Virus record (IMG/VR): IMGVR_UViG_3300025133_005699
Location: 41,811-105,810 of that record
Reading direction: 5' to 3' (one strand)
DNA: 64,000 nt
Origin: a virus
Shown: in pieces, positions 39,663 through 48,803 of the stretch
Numbering within the stretch: position 1 is the stretch's first letter
Layout of the letters: the number at the start of each line of letters is the position of its first letter
Program-made: the position numbers and the translations under genes
The notes under the pieces: generated by a model
The model's input: the letters and a program-made list of their open reading frames with translations, nothing else
Databases searched by the model: none
What the model was told of the DNA's origin: nothing

Positions 39663-40685
39663 TTATTTCCTGTAGTTTTGTATAACGTTAAAAAACTGTT
39701 TGTTCCAACCCTCAACGAATCGGTCTAGACTGAACTCATTTACAATTGTAGTCTTTGCATTGTCTCCCAACCTTCTGGCTTCGTCAGGATTGTTAAGGAG
39801 ATACTCGCAATGCTCTCTAAGCTCTTCTGGAGTGTTAGCGAGCAGTCCGTTCTCTTCGTGTTGTACAATTTCTGGTATCATACAGTTGTTGGTACTAACG
39901 ATAGCGCACCCGCAAGCCATAGCCTCCATCAATACTGTTGGTACGGGAGAGTGGATAGACGTGTTCAAAAATATAGAAGATTTCTTGTACCCTTCTCTTA
40001 GGGCCTCAAGACTAGGAGCAGGCTCAGATAATCCGGGACTGCTGCCAAACACCCTTATAGGTAGCTGGTCAGGAGAGTTGAACCTAACTGTTTGCTGCCA
40101 TAGGTTCCAGCCACAACACCAATCTCTATTTGGCCAATCGTTGACTACGGATATACAAACATTTTCGCGGTCATATAAATCGCCACCGCCCCAAAAATCA
40201 GTATCTATCCCGTGTTCAATAAAAGAGGTAGTTTTGGATAAATTTTTCCCCCACTCTTCCATATTGTATCGAGATATAAAGCTGTCATGATCGACTTCAA
40301 TAGCATTAAAACCAGCCACCTGAGAATGAACATCAAATCGAATATCCGGTAAAACATGCGTATGTCGCAAGATAGGTATATTGAAAAGCTGTTGAATTTG
40401 TTTGGCAGTCATGATTCTCTCACAGCTCGTATGACAAAGAATTAAATCAAAGTTAATATGCCAAGGCACGATATCAATCTCTTGATAGTTTGCGGGAATT
40501 AAGCCATAGTCTGTATTCCATGTTTTTCCATGATTCATAGAATAGAAATTATGTCCTGTCTTACATAGACCCTGCTCGTATCTTTCATGTGTGCAAAACG
40601 TCAATATATTAAGAGTGTCTCCTTCGCTCAGGGCAGACCTTCTCATTATAGACCTTATAGACTGCTGGCTAGCGGTACTACTCAT
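39663..40685 (-). CDS. Glycosyltransferase family 4
   Basis: HGID, FLNTS..SPVPTVLMEAMACGCAIVST, ENGLL motifs. Confidence 0.85.
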   Translation of the reverse strand: MSSTASQQSIRSIMRRSALSEGDTLNILTFCTHERYEQGLCKTGHNFYSMNHGKTWNTDYGLIPANYQEIDIVPWHINFDLILCHTSCERIMTAKQIQQLFNIPILRHTHVLPDIRFDVHSQVAGFNAIEVDHDSFISRYNMEEWGKNLSKTTSFIEHGIDTDFWGGGDLYDRENVCISVVNDWPNRDWCCGWNLWQQTVRFNSPDQLPIRVFGSSPGLSEPAPSLEALREGYKKSSIFLNTSIHSPVPTVLMEAMACGCAIVSTNNCMIPEIVQHEENGLLANTPEELREHCEYLLNNPDEARRLGDNAKTTIVNEFSLDRFVEGWNKQFFNVIQNYRK

Positions 40686-41784
40686 ATAGCAACTCCTTTA
40701 ACTTTTTACCAATACATTTTATATCGTATTCTCCAGCCTTAGCTATGGAATCATCTTTTTTGGTATTGTATTCTTTTGGGTTGTTCTTATAGGTCTCATA
40801 AGCCACCCTCATTGTAGAGCACAGCGACTCCAAGTCTGGCTCCATCCATCTGGTAAGCGATGTATACACACTATCCATCGAATCTGTTGCCATGTAACAT
40901 GGGGCCGGAGACGATTGGACTTTCCACCCCACACAGAAATCATCCATACCAGTATTAGCCGTATGTATAACAGGTATGCCCATAGCCATAGACTCTAGTG
41001 CCGGTATACACCAAGCCTCTCCAAAACTAGGCATAACAAAACAATCGCACTTACCCATCAGTGAGTGTAAGTGTCTACTTTCCAGATGCCCCGTTATGGT
41101 GATTTCTTTTCTGTAGTTCTTTCTTATTTTAAGGGATCGCCTTACATTGTCTGAAAGGGTCTCGAAATATTTGAGCGTTTCATCGTGACTGTATCCCGGC
41201 TTACTTAGCTTTAAGAATAGGTTGACAGGCTCTGAGGGGTGAAACTCTGTGTGAAAAGCTCGTAACAAAGTTTCGATATTTTTTCTCTTAATCATCTCTC
41301 CGACAAAGCAGAAGTTAAAACATCCTTTAAACTCCCCTACGCTTGCACAGTCTTCTATATTTTGGTAATCTTCTATAGGTAAGCACAGAGGTGCTAACTT
41401 AACAGGAGTCGTTACTCCGCTTTTCTGAGAGGCCGTTATCATCTGGTTGTTAGGAACCCACGCTTCGTCAAGCAGGTTTATGTACTTGTGCCACATGGTT
41501 TCTGAAAAGGTCGCCGTTTCGGTATAGAAGATGCCTATGTTTTTAAAGCTCGAATTATAAGAGTACAACGGCGGAAGTGTGTGCTGAATGCAAACATCTA
41601 CACCTTGTTCGCTCTGGCTTTCTAGCTCCGCAATTCTTTGGTTGCCAGTATTGTGTGAATCGTTAAAGGTAATAGCTCTAGGCACAACATTTACTCCAGC
41701 AGAATCTAAAGCTAATATATTGTTGGCGCAAGCATTTCCCCAACCCGTCCTATCGTTATAGTTTCCTATATAGAGAACTTTCAT
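40678..41784 (-). CDS. Glycosyltransferase family 4
   Basis: RKNIETLLRAF, DCFVMPSFGEAWCIPALESMAMGIPVI motifs. Confidence 0.85.
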   Translation of the reverse strand: MKVLYIGNYNDRTGWGNACANNILALDSAGVNVVPRAITFNDSHNTGNQRIAELESQSEQGVDVCIQHTLPPLYSYNSSFKNIGIFYTETATFSETMWHKYINLLDEAWVPNNQMITASQKSGVTTPVKLAPLCLPIEDYQNIEDCASVGEFKGCFNFCFVGEMIKRKNIETLLRAFHTEFHPSEPVNLFLKLSKPGYSHDETLKYFETLSDNVRRSLKIRKNYRKEITITGHLESRHLHSLMGKCDCFVMPSFGEAWCIPALESMAMGIPVIHTANTGMDDFCVGWKVQSSPAPCYMATDSMDSVYTSLTRWMEPDLESLCSTMRVAYETYKNNPKEYNTKKDDSIAKAGEYDIKCIGKKLKELLYE

Positions 41785-43433
41785 CGCTGCCCTCCCTGAA
41801 TTTTATTAGCCCTAATTTTTTCCCACTCATTATGCATCTCTCTCATTTTAGCCATGTGGGTATATGCCAAATTGACATCAAACTTACCCCAATTTCTTAT
41901 ATTGTTGTTAAGGTGTGATTCATTGAAATAGAAATCAACATTTGTACTACTAGCGGTACACTTATACGTAATGTCCCTTAGTGTTCTTTTCCACATATGG
42001 TTTCCAACCCAGTCTGGTCTTCGTAGAACATGATTAAAGAGGAAATCTACCTGCTCTTTGACGCTAAGGTTTGGCGGGATTTCAGTAGCAGATGGTAGTA
42101 TTCTTGGGGCAGAAAACCATGTCTCGGCGTGATTTCTAACTGGCGTCTTATCAAAATAATCCGCCCATTTGCTCGCAGTATCATCCCAGTTATATCGAGA
42201 AAGCGTGCGCTGTCTCATGTTGTAGCCCGCCTGTTTACGTTTCTCATCGCTGGTATTGTAGAGGTCAGTAATATGCTGTAGCGCTACGCTGTTGTCTGGG
42301 ATAGCTCTATTGCAGCCAGTCTCACATTCCATTTGAAGGTAGCTTACCGGAACCTTGAGAGCCCCAATATTGTCTGCGACAGACTGCATAGCGGAATAGT
42401 CAACGGTAATGACGGGAACTCCCGACTGAGACGCTTCTAATTGGGGCATCCCGAACCCCTCACTATTTGCATATTGTATATATACATCAAACAGGCTATA
42501 TATTTGCGCAAGCTCATCTCTTTCTATTTTATTGTTTATACCAACGAGCTCTCTTGTGAAATTTGCACATTGATAGCAATGGTTGATAACGTCATTAAAA
42601 AATGAGGTATTAATATGGCCGCACTTCTTACATCTATACGTAAATAAAACCCTATTGGTCAGCCCATACTCTTGAAGAAGCTGAGGTATTTCCCACCCAA
42701 TATCAGGATAAGATGTGTGGCAGTAAAGATATGCGTTTGGGGCATCGTTAGAGTCTAGAAACTCCCTGAATGTTTTGAATAAGTCTGGAAATAATTTTCT
42801 TCGCTGGTTCCTCATTACCGTACCAAGAATAAACGAGTCTTCAGCTAGCCCAAAATTTAATTTATGCGAGATCTTGTCATGAACAATATCAAACTCCTGA
42901 CTGGCACAGGGAGATGCTATATCTATAAAGTTCAAATCTTGACATTGCCCCAAGAGAACATCTTTGCCGAACTCGGAGTACGCAAACACGGCGTCTGCAC
43001 TAGCGAAGGTATCCATCCACTGGTTATTCTGAGGGGCGGCGTCTACTGTCGGCATTATACACCAATGAAAGAAGTCTCGAAATGGCGTTCTTTGTTGGAA
43101 TTCAAACATCCACCAGTCCCGTATGTCCACAACAAAGTCCGGCATAAAGTCTAACAAGACATGATTGAAGGTATACTCACCAAATTCATATGATGGCTGT
43201 GATTTATACTCATGCCATTCTGGGCTATCTTTTACGGGCTGGTTTGGAAATATAGTCCAGTTGCAGTTCTTGGCCTCTTTATTTGCTCTTGCTTGGTCTA
43301 CATAACAGGCAAGCTCGGCAACCTCAAATCTAGGGTCTACACTCAGGCGAGAAAGAACCTCTTTTGTGTATACAGAATATCCTGTAGGCAAGAAGTGTCC
43401 CTCTGAGCAAAAAAGTATTTTTTTACGTCTCAT
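41781..43433 (-). CDS. Glycosyltransferase family 4 (550 aa, with CxxC insert)
   Basis: TGY N-terminal motif, RNQRRK, EGFGMPQLEASQSGVPVI, and CKKC/CYQC insert. Confidence 0.85.
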   Translation of the reverse strand: MRRKKILFCSEGHFLPTGYSVYTKEVLSRLSVDPRFEVAELACYVDQARANKEAKNCNWTIFPNQPVKDSPEWHEYKSQPSYEFGEYTFNHVLLDFMPDFVVDIRDWWMFEFQQRTPFRDFFHWCIMPTVDAAPQNNQWMDTFASADAVFAYSEFGKDVLLGQCQDLNFIDIASPCASQEFDIVHDKISHKLNFGLAEDSFILGTVMRNQRRKLFPDLFKTFREFLDSNDAPNAYLYCHTSYPDIGWEIPQLLQEYGLTNRVLFTYRCKKCGHINTSFFNDVINHCYQCANFTRELVGINNKIERDELAQIYSLFDVYIQYANSEGFGMPQLEASQSGVPVITVDYSAMQSVADNIGALKVPVSYLQMECETGCNRAIPDNSVALQHITDLYNTSDEKRKQAGYNMRQRTLSRYNWDDTASKWADYFDKTPVRNHAETWFSAPRILPSATEIPPNLSVKEQVDFLFNHVLRRPDWVGNHMWKRTLRDITYKCTASSTNVDFYFNESHLNNNIRNWGKFDVNLAYTHMAKMREMHNEWEKIRANKIQGGQR

Positions 43434-43902
43434 ATCTTCTTATTTTTCCTATTGCCGAGTATAATAAACTATAGTATTCATTCTTTGAAAGGAAAAGCTC
43501 TCCGCAGATGTCTTTTCTGGTATATCCTCTCGATTTAAAATCCAGTATTTTTCTTTCCATCGGTAATAGCTTATCCTTATACGCCGCCAACAAACTCTGG
43601 AACTCCAGCATGTGATGATCTTCTGTGTATTCAGACGGTGTGGCTATTTCTAGTTTTGATAGGCTCTGCCAATCGCTCTCTTTCTTTAGGAATTTTATTA
43701 GGTGGTTTCTGACAGAAGAAAACATATAATTCCTGAGTGGGCCAATTTCGGCATCATAATTTTTAATAGCCTGTAGGGAACCTAAAAAGGCGACCTGAAG
43801 CAAATCCTCAAACTCATAAGATTCAGACTGGTCATTAAACTTTGTAACAAGATATATAATTACATCTAGGTTGTCGTCGATGCTCGCTTTAGTTCTAATC
43901 AT
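43423..43902 (-). CDS. RNA polymerase sigma factor (sigma70 family, regions 2 and 4 only)
   Basis: EDLLQVAFLGSLQAIKNYD (region 2). LLPMERKIL...GYTRKDICGEL (region 4 HTH). Confidence 0.75.
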   Translation of the reverse strand: MIRTKASIDDNLDVIIYLVTKFNDQSESYEFEDLLQVAFLGSLQAIKNYDAEIGPLRNYMFSSVRNHLIKFLKKESDWQSLSKLEIATPSEYTEDHHMLEFQSLLAAYKDKLLPMERKILDFKSRGYTRKDICGELFLSKNEYYSLLYSAIGKIRRYET

Positions 43903-44230
43903 TCGGTCTTTCTTTTTCGTTGAAAATCTTAAAGCTCTGCACCCTGAAATTTATTTTTTGCTTGCTTTCACCTTGTGGGTTAGTCCATTTTTGCTGCCTA
44001 GCGGAGGCGTGAATGGCTATAATCTGGCCCTTTTTGCAGATTTTATGTATGGTTGTCCCTCCGCTATCCCAAGCCTCGAACTCAAAAAAATCAACTCGCT
44101 TCTTCTTGTTTCCCTCTTTGTCTCTGCGGTATTCTTCAACGGCAAGGAAAAAGGTTACAAGCTGGGTATTTCCAACATCTCTTATTTCAGGGTCAGCAGT
44201 AAACCTTCCCACAAAGTTACAGTTATTCAT
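43895..44230 (-). CDS. ssb: Single-stranded DNA-binding protein
   Basis: MNNCNFVGRFTADPEIR...FFLAV...DFFEFEAW...KGQ OB-fold pattern. Confidence 0.9.
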   Translation of the reverse strand: MNNCNFVGRFTADPEIRDVGNTQLVTFFLAVEEYRRDKEGNKKKRVDFFEFEAWDSGGTTIHKICKKGQIIAIHASARQQKWTNPQGESKQKINFRVQSFKIFNEKERPND

Positions 44231-44276
44231 TTACAATCTCCAATAATGTATGCATATAGAAGATTATAGCCTATTG

Positions 44277-45839
44277 TTACGCTTGGGACACTTTGTTAAT
44301 GACCAAACTTGTATCTTTTTTGCTGGATACTTGACCAAAAGCAACAATTGTATTGCCTTCATATAAAATTTCCTTGAATTTACCATATGCCTCAGGAAAT
44401 ATAACAGCAGAGTCAAGGGTTGCTGTAGAGTCTTCCACTGACAAGAAAGCCATAATCTGACCCGGATTTTTACCGTTCTTTGTTGCATATTCTCGCAGGG
44501 AGTTTATATGGATTGCTACGTTTACGTTGCCCGTTCTACCGTTAACTATCTCTTTACATGTACAGTTAACCGCCGCACTTTGTATGGCATCAGTTTTGGA
44601 GAAGGTTAGCGCCACGCCCATATATTTATTTTCTGCATCTGCAATCCAGTTTGGGTGGTCGGTAAGATCAAATGGCGGAGACTCGATAATATTCCGAACA
44701 TCAAATACTTTGATTAGCCTGTTAGAGTTTATCTTTAGGTTATTTATCATATTATCTATAGCAGCAATGATAGAGTCATCTGAGTTGTAGTTTTCAGACA
44801 ACCATTCTCTTTCTCTGATAGACAAATCCCTATAGCTCTTGTATTCATAGAGAAGGGAGTTTCTATGTTTAGTGTTATTTTTACCATTAAAGGCACCAAC
44901 AGTTATCAGTGCCTCAGCACATGTCTTGTTTACTTTTAGTCCCAAGTTAAACAGGGTATCAAGCCAAGTGAATTCTGCAAAAGTTTTACCTAACTTTTGT
45001 TCTATCTCTGGAACCAAATCTAGCATCTTCTTTGTTTCAGCGGTGCCGACGCCCTTGATGTTTGTAACACCAAAATATATATTGTCCTCTGCCGCAGTAA
45101 AAGATGGGTAGAAGTGTCCCAGTCTAGGCGGTAGGGTTTCTATATCATATAGTTTTGCGTCAGACACAAGCTCTTTGATTTCCACCTGTTGGTCTGGCTT
45201 TCTTTCTGAGTGATTGAGATAGGACTCAAAGAATCTCATCTTTCTGTGAACCTTACAGTATGCGCTCCTGTAGGCATTAACAGCATAAGAAACAGCGTGA
45301 GATTTGTTAAACGCATAGCGATTAGATTTTTCAATCCAGCCAAAGATTTCTTCTGCCGTTTCTTTATCAAGCCCTTCGGTACTGGTTGCTCCAGACAAGA
45401 AGGATTTTTTAACTTCTGCCATCAGACCGGCTTTCTTCTTTCCAATAGCCTTACGGAGGTTGTCCGCCTCTTTTAAGTCGAATCCAGCAAGCTGCTGAGC
45501 GATCTTCATGGACTGCTCTTGGTATACAAGAACTCCATAGGTCTCACTGAGAATTGGCTCAAGGCTAGAGTGAATATATTTAGCTTCGTCGATGCCTGCT
45601 TTTCTATCTACGTAGTGCTGGGTCATAGACTTACCCTCGGTAAACGCCTTTAAGCATCCGGGCCTAATGATTGAAATTAGAGCCGCAAGCTCTTCTATAT
45701 TTCGAGGCTTAACCCTCTTTGCCCAAGATCTACCAAGCTGAGACTCTAGCTGGAATACCCCTTTGGTTCTTCCGTCGCAAATCAAATCCCACACTTTGTC
45801 GTCTTGGAAGTCGTTAATATCAAACGTAGAATTCGCCAT
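44277..45839 (-). CDS. dnaE: DNA polymerase III alpha, C-terminal half (fingers/HhH/OB)
   Basis: GVFQLES, RPG, ETYGVLVYQEQ, LRKAIGKK, YAFNKSHAVSY, IKGVG, and OB-fold MAFLSVED. ATG at 45839. Confidence 0.9.
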   Translation of the reverse strand: MANSTFDINDFQDDKVWDLICDGRTKGVFQLESQLGRSWAKRVKPRNIEELAALISIIRPGCLKAFTEGKSMTQHYVDRKAGIDEAKYIHSSLEPILSETYGVLVYQEQSMKIAQQLAGFDLKEADNLRKAIGKKKAGLMAEVKKSFLSGATSTEGLDKETAEEIFGWIEKSNRYAFNKSHAVSYAVNAYRSAYCKVHRKMRFFESYLNHSERKPDQQVEIKELVSDAKLYDIETLPPRLGHFYPSFTAAEDNIYFGVTNIKGVGTAETKKMLDLVPEIEQKLGKTFAEFTWLDTLFNLGLKVNKTCAEALITVGAFNGKNNTKHRNSLLYEYKSYRDLSIREREWLSENYNSDDSIIAAIDNMINNLKINSNRLIKVFDVRNIIESPPFDLTDHPNWIADAENKYMGVALTFSKTDAIQSAAVNCTCKEIVNGRTGNVNVAIHINSLREYATKNGKNPGQIMAFLSVEDSTATLDSAVIFPEAYGKFKEILYEGNTIVAFGQVSSKKDTSLVINKVSQA

Positions 45840-46509
45840 TTGCAAATGCTTTCTCGAACTTTGTCTTTTGTGAAATGTTTCTTTGGAACTTCAGGAACTT
45901 AATGAGGATATTTGCCGTATCTTTCACGTCTTGAAGGGCGTCATGAGCGTTCTCTTTGCTCTCTTCTGGGAATCCCATATACTCTCGCAGGAAGTCCATA
46001 CTAATACTCTTGAAGTCTCGATTGTTTTCTGTCCAAGAAAATACCATATCCATCAAGTCGATCTTGAAGATTGGATTAAAGATAGACTGCCGACCCCTAG
46101 TATCGGTAGTGCCGTACATCTCGCACATTCTCTGAGCAATAGGTAAATCAAAACCAATAATATTATATCCAGCGGCTATAGGTGCAGTATAAGACGAGCC
46201 TCTAAAGTTGAACTTATTGCAGAAGTCCTCAAACTTTTTCCATACTGTCTTTGGTAGCGGAGCCTTAGCAAGGGCTTTTCTGTTCTTGCCAGTAATCTCT
46301 AGTGCTTCCTCCTCTAGTGGGTCAACCCCAGCTTCAATAGCTTTCTTGTCGTCAATGATGGGTCTAATCTCGCTATTAAAAATACCGCCCGGCTGAATTG
46401 TTAGTTTACGCCCATGTAGAGCAATAGCCGCAATCTGCGTTGGCTGTGTTGTTAGCGGGTTTCTAGAACCTGTTTCAAAGTCAAATACAATTATATCTCT
46501 AAAATTCAT
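45820..46509 (-). CDS. DEDDh 3'-5' exonuclease (DnaQ/epsilon-like)
   Basis: Exo I VFDFETG, Exo II YNIIGFD, Exo III HDALQD. Confidence 0.85.
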   Translation of the reverse strand: MNFRDIIVFDFETGSRNPLTTQPTQIAAIALHGRKLTIQPGGIFNSEIRPIIDDKKAIEAGVDPLEEEALEITGKNRKALAKAPLPKTVWKKFEDFCNKFNFRGSSYTAPIAAGYNIIGFDLPIAQRMCEMYGTTDTRGRQSIFNPIFKIDLMDMVFSWTENNRDFKSISMDFLREYMGFPEESKENAHDALQDVKDTANILIKFLKFQRNISQKTKFEKAFANGEFYV

Positions 46510-46736
46510 TTAAGTAATCCTTTTAATTCAACAAACTTATTAACAGCTTCATCTATGTCTTTAAAGATTTTGCTATACTTATGACGAGGGTTATCTGAAT
46601 GCACTTGATAGGCACCCATAGTATCCCCTCTATATTGTGGTAGAAAATGTCTCAAATCGCACAAACTTATGCTTTTAGATTCAATAGCACAGCCAGAAAA
46701 AATGACTGACTTATAATCGTTCTTAATACCGCTCAT
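46506..46736 (-). CDS. Hypothetical protein (76 aa)
   Basis: Fills the gap between dnaE-N and the exonuclease, tightly coupled to both. Confidence 0.55.
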   Translation of the reverse strand: MSGIKNDYKSVIFSGCAIESKSISLCDLRHFLPQYRGDTMGAYQVHSDNPRHKYSKIFKDIDEAVNKFVELKGLLK

Positions 46737-46738
46737 TC

Positions 46739-48316
46739 TTACTCCTTAATTTCCATGATTTTACTAAGTAGATCAATACCTAGTATATCAAATTTAACAT
46801 GTCCTTGATCTTCTAAATCGCCCATTTCAAAACCGGCAATGAGATTTTTACTTTTATCTTTAACCATAGGACAAACTTGGTTTAGTTTATTTGCTGATAT
46901 AATAACTCCAGCAGCATGTTTCCCTTGAGATTTTATCGTACCCTCAATGTCGATTGCTTGCTGAAAAATTGCTGCGAATGGGCCAATCAAATCGTTATCA
47001 CTGTTTAGCTTGCACCACCTGTCTAGAACTTCTGGTTGATAAGCAAGTGTCCACCGAATTAGCGAGCCCTCACCGCTCTCCTCTAAAAGGTCTGAAACGT
47101 CAGCCTCGTTAGGTATGTTTTTAGTCACGTCGTTCATCTCTCCAAAAGAAACTGCGCTATTAATACGCATGATTTCCTTAAGGGCTGCTCGACCCTGTAG
47201 CTTATTAAATGTCAACATCTGGGAGACATTATCTTCGCCGTATTTAGATTTAATATATCCAATAACTTCATCTCGCTTTTCGGCAGGAACATCTAGGTCA
47301 ATATCCGGAAGAGATACATGACCCTCGGTATTACGGCCAGCATTGTAAAATCTCTCAAAGATTAAGTCGTACTTAATAGGGTCAATTTCTGTAATACCAA
47401 TAAGATATGAAATCAAACATCCGGCAGCCGACCCTCTTCCCGGGCCCGGCAACCACCCCTCAGACCTAACATAATTAACAATATCTTGAACAATAAGAAA
47501 GTACCCAGAAAGACTAGCATCAAAAATTACACTCATCTCGTTTTTAATTCTTTTTAGGTATTCCTCTTTCTTGTCTTCGCTCTTAACAATGCCAGTATCC
47601 TCTAAGAGCTTCTTCCAGCCCTCTCTACAAAGCTGCTTTAAGTATTCGTCTTCGGTGTACCCTTCTGGGCAATCGAACGCAGGAAGCATTGGGCTGCCAA
47701 GAATGTCATACTCCTCACACTGGTCGGCAATCTCTAGACTGAGCTTTATTTGCTCTGCGCTGTAAATATTTTCAACTTCGCTTGGACTCAGTAGATAATG
47801 ACCGTCGCTCTTAAAAAAGGGCTTTAAGTGTTTAAACGAATCAGAAACGATTTTATCTTTAGCTTTTTTCATGCTGGTTTTCATACCCGAGCATAAAAGT
47901 ATTCTGTGTAGCTCTGCGTCTTTAGTCTCGACGTAATATGCTGGTTTTTGTTTTAGGTCATCAATACATATAAGGTTTTCGTTTAGAGAGACCTTTAGCA
48001 GTTTCTTCATTACATCATCAGAGTATGTGCTCTTCTTAGAAACAATATCAATGAGCGCGTACCAGCCGTCTTTGTTCTTTGCTATATATGTCTTGCTCTT
48101 GTGGTTTTCAAACTCAACAGTGCACCCCATAATAGGTTTAATGTCATGCTTTTTACACTCTTTGTAAAAATTGACAGCTCCAGATATAGTATTAATATCT
48201 GTAATAGCACAGGCCGGATAGCCGTACTCTTTACACTTAGCCACTAACCCATCAGGTTTCGAGAAACCTCTCTGTAGGCTAAAGTGCGTCTTGTTATTTA
48301 GTGGAACCCAAGTCAT
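46739..48316 (-). CDS. dnaE: DNA polymerase III alpha, N-terminal half (PHP + palm/thumb)
   Basis: THFSL..G and AITD (PHP), GPGRGSAAGCLISYLIGITEIDP, FERF, catalytic PDIDLD, HAAG, KFDILG. Confidence 0.9.
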   Translation of the reverse strand: MTWVPLNNKTHFSLQRGFSKPDGLVAKCKEYGYPACAITDINTISGAVNFYKECKKHDIKPIMGCTVEFENHKSKTYIAKNKDGWYALIDIVSKKSTYSDDVMKKLLKVSLNENLICIDDLKQKPAYYVETKDAELHRILLCSGMKTSMKKAKDKIVSDSFKHLKPFFKSDGHYLLSPSEVENIYSAEQIKLSLEIADQCEEYDILGSPMLPAFDCPEGYTEDEYLKQLCREGWKKLLEDTGIVKSEDKKEEYLKRIKNEMSVIFDASLSGYFLIVQDIVNYVRSEGWLPGPGRGSAAGCLISYLIGITEIDPIKYDLIFERFYNAGRNTEGHVSLPDIDLDVPAEKRDEVIGYIKSKYGEDNVSQMLTFNKLQGRAALKEIMRINSAVSFGEMNDVTKNIPNEADVSDLLEESGEGSLIRWTLAYQPEVLDRWCKLNSDNDLIGPFAAIFQQAIDIEGTIKSQGKHAAGVIISANKLNQVCPMVKDKSKNLIAGFEMGDLEDQGHVKFDILGIDLLSKIMEIKE

Positions 48317-48803
48317 AATTCGTAAATTCTTTCAATTCTGATATAGCAACGTTATGGCAATCTGCCCGAACAACGAACCCGTTAGATGGGTCAACCTGTC
48401 CTTTGGTTAGCTTCCGAGCCCTTTTGAAATATTCATCATGCTCAAGCCACCCAAGAACCCACGCTCTTCCCCATCTCTTATTTTTATTTTCTATTCTAAC
48501 AAATACATACCTATCGCACTTTTGCTCGGTATTAAAGTTTGCAACAGAGCAATCATAATATGGTTTTGGCGGAGATGTACATCTTTTGGTTTTGACATCA
48601 TATTTAATTCCACTTTTTGAAACCACGTCGTAGTCGTATGTATTACTTATTGTACCATCAATAACTACATTTGCAACCTCTTCTCCTAAAAAACCTGCAA
48701 TATTTCCGTCACCCTTCATTATAGAGTTACGTATTACGCCCATTTCACGGGATTTAGCCCAAGCCTGCTTCTTCATTTTTTCTGTAATTTTTATCTCAAT
48801 CAT
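48294..48803 (-). CDS. Putative PD-(D/E)XK endonuclease
   Basis: GFLGE...YD...DVKTK motif. Confidence 0.5.
   Translation of the reverse strand: MIEIKITEKMKKQAWAKSREMGVIRNSIMKGDGNIAGFLGEEVANVVIDGTISNTYDYDVVSKSGIKYDVKTKRCTSPPKPYYDCSVANFNTEQKCDRYVFVRIENKNKRWGRAWVLGWLEHDEYFKRARKLTKGQVDPSNGFVVRADCHNVAISELKEFTNYDLGSTK

Noticed and set aside
45820-45890. Frameshift fusion of the exonuclease to DnaE-C
   Set aside because: DnaE-C is in the +1 frame with its own ATG and I saw no recognisable shift site; an ordinary overlap is sufficient.
45820-46760. Split intein or self-splicing intron explaining the dnaE break
   Set aside because: No intein N-terminal C/S block or C-terminal HN motif, and the gap is fully occupied by two coupled ORFs with no room for structured intron RNA.
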